A DNA stretch of 59,081 nucleotides, filler included, from Dugesia japonica (Eukaryota): assembly GCA_001938525.1 (NCBI GenBank). It is 5 parts of 5 records of this genome, joined end to end, with 100 filler letters (N's around TTAATTAATTAA, not from the genome) between each part and the next. Parts side by side here need not be neighbours in the genome. Positions count along the whole stretch, not along the records: positions 48,919 to 59,081 come from MQRL01588381.1; 4 more parts are not named here. One strand, 5' to 3'. This document shows positions 48,901 through 59,081 of this stretch, piece after piece. A model generated the notes under the pieces. That model did no database searches, was not told the origin of the DNA, and saw nothing but the letters and a program-made list of their open reading frames with translations. Numbering within the stretch: the first letter of the stretch is position 1; the number at the start of each line of letters is the position of its first letter. The translations under genes were made by a program, and so were the position numbers.

Positions 48901-50891
48901 NNNNNNNNNNNNNNNNNNATTATTTAAGAAAACATCTAACAATTCATAATAAACGTCGATGAAAAATCCATATGCAAATAGTTCCAGTGCTTCCTTGAAG
49001 GTCATCCTTTGAATTTTTTGAATCATTTGTATCATATACTTCGAAGAGGTGTATAGTATGCATGATCATATGATAATAAAGATAATAATACTGTTTTACA
49101 AATATTTTAATNTTAAGTAAAGTTATTTTCATTAATTTAATATTAAAAACCGGTAAACATAAAAACAATTCAAATATTTCCGGTTATATTTAATGTAAAT
49201 ATCTTGGTTATATTAATATGGCCAATTAAAAATTTCACAGAAAAAAGTCTTTAGCTTTTAAAGTTATTTGAATTTAGAAGTCGAAATTAAATGATAGCTT
49301 TTACTAGTTTGTTTGAACAATACTATTATAATAGTTTATATTTTACATGTGATAAAATGCTTTGTATTATTGTATTTAATTCTTTCTATGGTGAGCAAAN
49401 GATTTGTTCTTAGAGAAAGGAAATCCTACTGGAAGATTTCCTGAAAGAAAAAGTGCTAGTAGCGAAGAGTAGGAGATTGATAAGTAATCGATAATTTAAT
49501 CTGTGATGGAATAGTTGAAATATTCTGTTTGTTTTAAAATACAATTATATCAGTGAATTTCGAGCAAATTTGTAGAATTTATTATTAATAAATAAAATCC
49601 CATTTACATTAGATAAACAAAAAATTATTTAAAATAAATTCTTTTCATTTATTGTAATTTAGTTTAAAATTTTAAATTTGCAAAGATTTCACCGGAACAA
49701 CTTCAGATAACATAAACACATTAGAGACAGGCAATATTTTTACAATTCACCGGAAGAAACATTAAAATAAATTGATCAAAGAGGATAAATCCAAAATCAA
49801 TGTAGGTTGTTGTAATTATAATAATTAAAATAAACTTTAAAAAATTTTATTTATCGGATAACTTCTAATAGAATGACTATTTGTTTACAAATTTTACATA
49901 AATAATTATTATAAAGAATAAAAAGTTTATTCATTATTTTTTTTAAATTCAAAATAATTTTTAAATTTAATTTTTATTTTTTTAAAATTTAATTTAACTT
50001 TATTTTAGAGTGTTAATTAAATTAATTGAATTTGTTCAAATAATTTTATTAACAAAAAATATTCGTTTTAAAGTTTTTATTTTTTGTAAATGTAATTTAT
50101 TGAAAAAAAAGTTTTGTAATTTTATTTTTCAATTAATATAATAACAATCATCAAAATCGTGCTTGTGTTATTTTAGAAATAAAACACGCATTCATACAAA
50201 TAAAGATAATGTACTGGATAAAATACGGTATTGTTATTGAAGACAAAAATAAAATTTTAATGCAATTAGTTCATTAAATAATTAATTAAACTTATAAATA
50301 TTAATAAAAATAATTGATAATTTATTAAAAATAAAATTTTATTTTTTAAAAAAAAATAAATAAAATTTCCTTTTTTTAATTTAATGATCTTTAACAATCA
50401 CAGAACTGATAGAATATGAAATCTGTATATAATTCATAACAATTTATTTGTTATTGGAGAACGAATTGATAGAGTTTTGGGTTCTTAAGATTGTTTTCTT
50501 ACATTTAGTCTTTTTTTTAATTTTAATGTTTAAATTTAATTTTGTATTTTAGTATTCTGCAATTAAATAATATATTTTTCTGCTATTTTTTCAAATCAAA
50601 ATGAAAATATCAATTTTTTTTAAATTATAAGAATATCATATTTGATTGAAAAATGAAAAAATCTTTTTATTATTAAATGCGTTTGGAATTCAATTCATGT
50701 GCTTCTTAAATGTAATTAAAAAACAATTAATACAATAAAATAAGAATTCCTACAAATTTTTCTAAGATTATTAAGTGCTTTTGAAGTGACGGCAAAATTG
50801 ATTTCCTTTATTAGATCTATTTCAAATGCAAAATATTTATTGGATCCGGACAAAGAAATATGTGAATTTGAATTAATAAAAAAAGATGAAC

Positions 50892-50956
<65 letters not shown>

Positions 50957-51821
50957 NNNNNNNNNNNNNNNNNNNNNNNNNNNNNNNNNNNNNNNNNNNN
51001 NNNNNNNNNNNNNNNNNNNNNNNNNNNNNNNNNNNNNNNNNNNNNNNNNNNNNNNNNNNNNNNNNNNNNNNNNNNNNNNNNNNNNNNNNNNNNNNNNNNN
51101 NNNNNNNNNNNNNNNNNNNNNNNNAATAATAACATTAATAATAATTTTAGTAATAAAATCCGGTCAATAACAATTATTACGTTGCTCGTAACAATTATTA
51201 TCATAATTTTTTCAATTAATTGTAATAAATATATTTGATTTCCATTCTATTTTTTAATAGTATTATTTCTTATCATTATTTTTTTAATGAAATAATAATA
51301 TTAAAATAAAATTTTTATTGTAAAATACATTTAAATAAAATTTTTGAATTATTTTAATTTAATTTAACGTTGAGATTCTACATTTATAATTATAGATTTC
51401 ATTTAAACTCAACTAAAACTTCTTCCTTCTTTGGTTTCTGTTGTTTACTTTAATGAAAAAATATCAATAATGAACGTTTTCTTCCTTGAATTTTAATTGC
51501 AAAGTACATTTCATTCACATTAGCCTCCATTAAATGTTAAATGATAATCTTCATTAAGAACAAATTTTTAATGAATTATCTCTGTTATTATTTTAATCAT
51601 CTTTTAATTTTTGTTGTTTATGCTTTCTTAAAGTTATCAAAATATATCGGTAATATGAAATACAGTATGTAATTTAAAATAGTTTGATTTGATTGGTTAA
51701 TACGCCTTCCAATTAGAATCATTAATTGTTATTGATTAGTCCTTTAATTAAACTGAATTTAGAAATGAAAATCATGAAGAAAAACGAATAAATTTGAATT
51801 ATTATAAATTCGCAACAATTA

Positions 51822-52578
51822 ATGGAACTTTTGTTCTTCAAGTTCTATTTAATCATACTAAATCTATCTTTAATTAGCCATGGTGAAAAGTCTTACAACA
51901 CGAGAATTATTGAACCAGTAGAGAAGCCTTTTGGAAAACCACTTGAAATCAAAATTGGAGTTCTTCTTCCGAATGATTCTAAAAGCCAATGTCAATTAAT
52001 GAAAGTTTTACCAGCAATCGATGTAGCAATAGATTATGTAAGAAATAATTTAAAACTATTCAGAAACGCATCCTTTTCAATATCATATAGTGATTCTGGT
52101 AATAGTCTTTCTAAAGGTCCATTAAATGCAATCGATATGTTTATTGATAAAGCAGCAGCAGTTCTATTAGGACCAATAAATAGTTTCATTATAGCAAATG
52201 TTGTGAGATTTAGTTCTTATAGATATAAAATTCCGATTCTCACTACCCAAGGATTTGCTTCTGATTTGGGGAACAAAAACGTTTACTCATTACTTACCCG
52301 TTTGTCTGGAACATATAAAGATATGGGAGTAGTTTTTGAAAAAGTATTTTGGAACTTTAATTGGACACCAAAACCACATATAACTGTTGTAATTTGGTAC
52401 ATTTGGCATAAAAGTGAAGACTACGAATGTCAATTCCAAACGAAACCAATAATCGATAATTTTAAATTAAAAGGATATAAATACATTGAAATTAGTGATG
52501 AAATCTTTGAAATGGGTGATGACGCAGTTAGAAATTCAACAATTCCTAACTTAATTCGAATCAGTCAAAATGCTCGAA
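51822..52578 (+). CDS. Exon 1 of a natriuretic-peptide-receptor-type membrane guanylyl cyclase (signal peptide plus ANF_receptor domain)
   Basis: Hydrophobic signal peptide; IGVLLP, KVLPAIDVAI, LLGP..F..ANV.RF, IPILT.G, YSLLTR; donor CGA A|GTTAG. Confidence 0.88.
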
Positions 52579-53767
52579 GTTAGATTTTTTTAATTGTAAA
52601 ATCTTTTGTATATGTTTATTGGTTAACTTTTACTACGTAGAACTTTTTGTATTTGTTTGCAAAAACCTGAAATCTGGCCTCGTCATTAAATACAAGTTAT
52701 CTTTTGTTCACCAATACTGAATTCTTCAACATTACACATTCATTTAATTTCTCTTGTTTTCTTTTTATTTTAACAAACTCGTCAGTTTGTCTTCATCTAT
52801 TTAAACTGGCCTTCTAGAACGTGGTTCATCTTGTAAGTTGAAATTTCTCGAATGAAACCTAAAGAACTAATTTTGACATTGGCTTTCAATTATAGAATTT
52901 TCTTCATGAACCCAACCTAGTTTTCTTCTGACATCTGTGACATTTATAATTTTGTATTAATAAAATAAAAGAACATGTCGAAAATGTTATTTCTTTTCAT
53001 CTATGTCAAATATTCCACCTAAAATATAATTTTATATATTAAAACAAATTTACCAATTTGTACCTTCTTGTAATGAGTAATAATGTAATAAATTAAAACT
53101 GTCTTTAGGAATGTAAATTAGGACTATAACATTGATTCAAAAACCGAAGTTGAATTCCGAAAAAATAGATGTTCATTAATTTATATTGAAACGTCTCATT
53201 TTAATAGTCTTATTACTTAACATAATTTAGTTTATATTTTAAAAAAATATATACAACACAATTTAATTAAATGAGATTTATTTATAAAAATCATAATTAA
53301 AAATAAATTGTCTTACAACTGGTTTAAAGAATTTCGATAAATTACAGAAATTTATTTCAGTTCATCAATGAATAATCGTAATATTTAAAATTACATACAT
53401 AAAATTTAATTATTCAACATTTTGGACTTAACTAAATAAAATTGAAACTGAAAATTAAAACAAAATAGAAATATTATTATTTCCCATTTAATTAACTAAC
53501 TAACGAAAGGTGGCAAAAAATAAAGCACATATACACACACATGATTTTGTCAGTATATAGTCTGTTCCAATTTAAGGTTACATTTTAAATTTTCAATAAA
53601 AGAATCTAACGGTATGAAATGTAGCAAAATATTTGCAATTTAATAAATATCAATTCTATCATTTATTTCAAGTAATAAAATTTGTATTAGTTATTCTTTT
53701 GGTCATACCAGAATGTGTTGCGGACTGAGAAAATTGTTTATGTAAATTCGGATATGCTAGCTATTCA

Positions 53768-56000
53768 GTAGTAGCTGGTGTTAAGCAGCACGTTGCCCAA
53801 CGAGGACCACATCATAAAAAACGATTGAAAAAAAAAATAAATTAACAAATATGTTCTGCAGAGGAGATGGTATTGAGAAATACATCAAACCGTGCAAATT
53901 GTCTTTTGAAGCTAAAAATATCACCCAGATTAAATTACAGGAGAGATTAGTCTCTTGTTTGTTAGATGATTATTTGTCGGAAGAATATGTAAAGACGTTT
54001 AAAAACGTTAAAGGTTTTCAGGCTCGTTTACCTATCGCATTTGAGAAAAAGAAAGATGTTATCAAAGACCTTCAAAGTTTTGTTAACTACAGTCGTAGAA
54101 ATGAAGAGATTCAAGTTTACTTTAAAAATGTAAAAGATTTAGTGGAAAGGTTATTCACAAATAAAGATTTTACAAAGGAAAAATGATAGCAAAGAAGCTA
54201 GTTATTGTTTTACAATTGCAAATATTGCGAGAATAATTGGTGGACATAACTATTGATCGTTTTACAGAATTCATTTAAAATAAAAATTTTGATCAAAGAT
54301 TTTGTTTTTTATTGATATTTGATAAAAATTCGAAATTTTGAACTTGTATTTGTCAGGAATTGACTTTTAATAACTAATGCGAGATATTTTTAAGATAATA
54401 AAAAAGTTGAGAAAGAAGAAACTTTGCGAAAACGACAGAATATAAAGCAAGTTGAAGAAACAATGGTTTTAGTAAATCAAGTAGAGAAAAACAGAGATCA
54501 AGTCAATGCAGTTAGAAGTTACGCGAGAGCTACAAGTGGAAATTTTCAGAAACCTGTAAATGATAAAGTGAATAGATATGTGTGTCAAAGAACGGTAAAA
54601 CAAAATATCGAATGTTGATTATGTCATAAGATTAGTTTTACTAAAGCAAATAGTCCAACGAAAAAAGTGGTAGAGTGTTGGACTTGTCATAAAACATGAC
54701 ATATAAGTCGAGATTGTTTAAATGAAAACCAACAAAATGTTTTGGTTGTGGAAAGATTGGCCATATTAGAAAGTTATGTCAAGAAAAGAGGTGTAAACGA
54801 TGTGGTAATGGTGGACATATAGCAGAAGAGTGCTACACAAATTTGAAAATGAAAAGAACAAGTGAGAAATTTATGACTGAAGAAAGATAAATGTCTAATA
54901 ACTGCACCAATATTGTGTTTTCCAGTCATAAACAGAGAATTTATATTAGATACAGATTACAGTTTTGATACAATTGGAGCAGTGTTGTCACAGAGAAATA
55001 AGGAAAGAATAGAAAGAGTTGTTATATATGGGTCATGCTCAATGAAGAGTCCTGAAAATGGATATTGCATCACANGAAAGGAATTATTGGATGTTTATTA
55101 TTCATTCATTCACTTCAAACATTATTTGTACGGTAGAATATTTCCTCTTAGGATAGATAATAAAGCTCTAACATTAATGATGACGAGAAAAAACCAAATA
55201 TGTCACAATTTATCTAGACCAAGTTGTGAAATTTGTGTACAATCTCAAATGTCATATGAAGATGCCAAGAAAGGGAAGATTAAAACGAGAATACTGAACA
55301 TAATTGAAAAGGAAAAAGAAGAGCAATTAAATATTTTTGAGGAAACGTATTTAATCAAGAAAATAAACATTTCGGATAACAAAATACATAAAACAATAGA
55401 AACAATACAAAAAGCTATTTTTGAAATGTGGATGTTGAGATTTGGATGCCTAAGAGAGATAAGATTAGATTGTAGAAAAGCTTTTGAATACCGAGTTATG
55501 AGAGAATTTGCACTGAAGCTATATATTAAACTTTGCTTTTCGAGTCCCTATCATAATATTGCAAATGGACAAATTGAAAAACATTTCAGAATAATTTGAA
55601 ATTTGATTAATACAACACTTTAGGAAAGAAAAACTACAGATTGGGCAGATCGTTTTTTCGGAAATAGAATTTACAATGAACACGACAAAACAAAAAACGA
55701 CTGGAAAGAGCTCGGTTGAGATCGTTTTTGTAAAGATAATTAGCAGAGAAAAGTGGTGACTCAGACGTTACAAACAGAACTAAAGCTAACACTTCAGACG
55801 TGATTACTAACAGACAATTAAAAGTGCGTGATTATGTATTCATCAAGATAGAAAGTACAAATATTAGTCAAGACAGATTTGAAGGACCTTATCGAATAAT
55901 TGATATAATTCATGAAATACGGTATGCGGTACAAGGAGAAAATGGACAGCGATTAGAAAGAAATGTGGAAAAACCTAGAAGTTCTTTTAGAATGGGAATA
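53768..56000 (+). mobile_element. Ty3/Gypsy LTR retrotransposon remnant (gag with CCHC knuckles, RNase H, integrase; protease and RT deleted)
   Basis: gag from 53851; knuckles at ~54610-54835; FILDTDYS..IGAVLSQ, YCITxKELL, HFKHYLYG (RNase H); SSPYHNIANGQIEK (integrase); RFEGPYRI; PPT-like AGAATGGGAA at 55989-55998. Confidence 0.88.
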
Positions 56001-56992
56001 TAAGAATATAATTATTGTTTAATAATTTCATCCAATAGAAAGTGACCAAATTCAATATTAAGATTTAATCAATTCTTTTCAATAATGATTATCTTGGATT
56101 TTATTAGTTAAATAAATAACGGTTAAAAATGTTAATTGTGATTTGGAAAATGAATTACCAATTAAAGATTTACCTAATACACATAATCCTAATCAAAACT
56201 TGATTGTCTTCCTGAACATTGAGAATAATTATTTCAAAATGACTGTATTTTTTATATTTGACTCTCCATTTTCATATTATATTGAAGTTATCGCAAAATT
56301 CGATATTGTTAAAATAATTTATTTAAACAATAGTATGGCATTAAGATAGCATTAATATATGTCTAACAATATTTTATTTTTAAGTACTAAGTCAGTCTTT
56401 TCTCTTCTTAGTGTTCTCGGAAAACCATAATTTTCATTCACAAGTAACACGAAAGCAATGCCAAGAACTTATGAATCAATCTAATATAAAGATTCTCATT
56501 GTCATTTTTTCTATGCAAAGATTTGTAAAATTTATTATCATTTAGTTGTTAACATAATTGTTTATTAAATTCAAATTTTATTTTATATTATTTTAACTTT
56601 AATATACTTATGTAAAATATGCAGTAAGTAGCATAATTTACTATTATATTAACTATATTTACTATTATTGCAGTTTTATATCATTTAAATAATATTTTTT
56701 TTATCGTTTCTCTTTAATTACTTTTTGGAATTAATTTCATTTTTATTTTGAATAATTTCTCAAAATAGTTTTAAGATTTTCTTACTGAATTATTTCAGCA
56801 TATTGATAATTGAATAATGCGATCGATTCGATTTATGATTGACATAGTTCCTTATTTAACAACAGATTTCTGATTTATTTTTAATTTTTATTTTTATCAA
56901 ATAAATTTAAAATTCATTGATATTAAATAGAAAATTAATAATAAAATAATTATAGAAAATACATTAATATAGAATAAAACACAAACTATTTA

Positions 56993-58103
56993 TTAAGTGG
57001 TTGCATTAATTCTCGCTGTTTTTTAATAATAAGAAGAAATGTAAATAAAAACGCCAGATACTTTTATTTTTACATAACATCTCATTCAAAGTAGCGTTCA
57101 TCATTGCTAACAACATTTTCCAACCTTTCTGGCAACAAATGAATTCCACGATAAAAAGATTTTTCTTAATTGGAATTTACCCAATAGTCAAGCAAATTTG
57201 GACTTCATGTTGAAATTCTGTACACAACGACCTTGTTGCATTGAGTGAAAAAGGTAGTAATCACTTGGTGCGATGTCTGATCAGTATGGCGGGTGAGGTA
57301 AAATTTCCCATCCGAATTTTTATATCGTATTCCTCACTAAAATCAACGTGTGGGGTCGAGCATAATCATGGTGTAACAACGCCATCTCATATCTGTTGGA
57401 ATAGTCTAGTGGTTTTTCATGCAATGCTAACCTTAATTGTTGTTGATAACGCCGACCATCAACCGTTTGACGCTTGTTCAGAAGTTCAAAATAAATAATC
57501 TCCCTTTGATCCCAAGAAATGGATAAAATCACCTTGTTTTTATGCAAGTCTCGTTTTGGTGTTGATTTTCCAGGGTGACCAGGCTTCCCCCATGATTTTC
57601 TTAGTTTNNNNNNNNNNNNNNNNNNNNNNNNNNNNNNNNNNNNNNNAATGCGATGTAAAAAGGACTTTTCCTTTGCCTGCTGGGCAGCGTCTGACAAATG
57701 CTAATCGTTTTGCGATATATGTTTCTTGTTTGAACCGATTTTGGATATCCTGCAAATCAATGTTAGCCATTTTGAATTGCCGAAACCATTCTCGACAGCA
57801 TATTTCAGACAGCTCATGGTTGCTATAAGCTACTGAAAGCATCCTATGAGTTTCTGCAGCACTTCTTTTAAGATGAAAACAAAAAAACAACGCCTCCTGT
57901 AAATGTGCTTTTTAGGAATAAAACTAAGCATATTAAATGGAACGGTTTTTGTTTGCTGTACAACATAACTAAATAATATACCATTCTTTTAACATTTAAA
58001 TATTAATACTTAACAAATCTTAACGATAGATTTAAATTATCGCTGAAATATTTAATAAGTTAGTTAATTAAAACAAACAGCAAGAATTAATGCAACTACC
58101 TAA
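56993..58103 (-). mobile_element. mariner (DD34D) element, internally deleted
   Basis: TIRs TA|TTAAGTGGTTGCATTAATTCTCGCTGTTT and AAACAGCAAGAATTAATGCAACTACCTAA|TA; AAETHRML, CREWFRQFK, LHHDYARPH, DIAPSDY, GRYFE. Confidence 0.92.
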
Positions 58104-59081
58104 TAATAATTCAGATTTATTTTGTCTAATTTAAAGTAATCCCTTCTTTTTTCAACTAACAAAATGCCAACGTTGAATTTTTGAATTATTTTCTTTACTC
58201 TCTATGAGCACATCCTTTGATATTTGTTTTATTTATTCTAACTAATCCAAACGGGTTCATAAAATAATGTTTTTTAATAATAAATTAAACATAAAAATTA
58301 ATAATATTACGTTGGATAAATATTTAATTAAAGTTAAATTACATGTCACTCAAGGCTGAAATAGCAAACGGGAAGAGTTCTTTTTTCTAGAATTTTCGAA
58401 TGTGTTTAAAATTATAGTTCACAGTAGTAGTAAAAAATATAATATTATTTGATATAAATAATATTTACAATCGAAAAAAATATTGTATATTTTTGTAAAC
58501 TTTTTTTTTTATCTAAAGCAATGTCAATTAAATTTAACCGTAAAAGTTTACTTTATTATTGTAATTTATAAACAAAAATAAACATAAAATCAAAATTTGT
58601 CAAACGTTTTCATTATAAAGTCAAATGTTTCTTTTCGATCATATCAAAAATAGATTGCTCTAATAATTAGTACTGTTTAGGAACTCTTGAAATTTGATTT
58701 TCTACTCTTGAAAAACCACAGATACAGTTATGCGTTTTTTTAAAGATCATGTTCATTCATTAATAACATTCTTAAAATAGTTTGCGTAAATAATTTTAGC
58801 TTTAACTTACCAAAATAATTAGCATATTTTGATTTGAAATGTATAATATTTTAAAAAATTCGAAACACTTAATTTAATACATATACAAACCAATACAAGT
58901 CAGTAAAAAGTTACAATGAGAAAATTAACAATAATATATACGGTTAAAAACTATTACAGATGTTAAATCCTAAATTTATTTGTTTGAATTTATGAAAATG
59001 TAAAAAATTTTTTATCAAATTTTTCAATTTAATCACTAGAAAAAATTGATTAAAATATAGAAAAATATAATTATTATCATT

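Noticed and set aside
48944-50890. Possible minus-strand exons near 48950-49050 and 50720-50880
   Set aside because: No convincing splice-site pairs or homology.

Overview
AT-rich animal genomic DNA with 40-60 bp introns and (AAT)n microsatellites; a triclad flatworm (planarian) origin is my inference, not established. The window is five sequence blocks joined by artificial 100-bp spacers (44 N + TTAATTAATTAA + 44 N), so adjacency across spacers is not biological. Host gene fragments: four exons of a DUF389 gene, regulatory/linker exons of CaMKII (one GC-AG intron), a small MARTK-starting Arg/Lys-rich protamine-like ORF, the 3' end of a probable Zwilch gene, an unassigned terminal exon pair, and exon 1 of a natriuretic-peptide-receptor-type guanylyl cyclase. 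Much of the rest is decayed mobile DNA. Two items stand out. (1) A 9.3-kb Polinton/Maverick (3851-13149) with long TIRs and a candidate 6-bp TSD is inserted into a Penelope RT; it carries pPolB, packaging ATPase, minor capsid, a DEDD-like gene and its own TATA-binding-protein (TBP) homolog. (2) A Gypsy-type 3' LTR (35064-35534) is preceded by an antisense array of short orphan ORFs, each directly behind its own splice acceptor, suggesting a virus-like alternatively spliced accessory-gene cassette. All homology calls come from motif recognition by eye; no searches were run.
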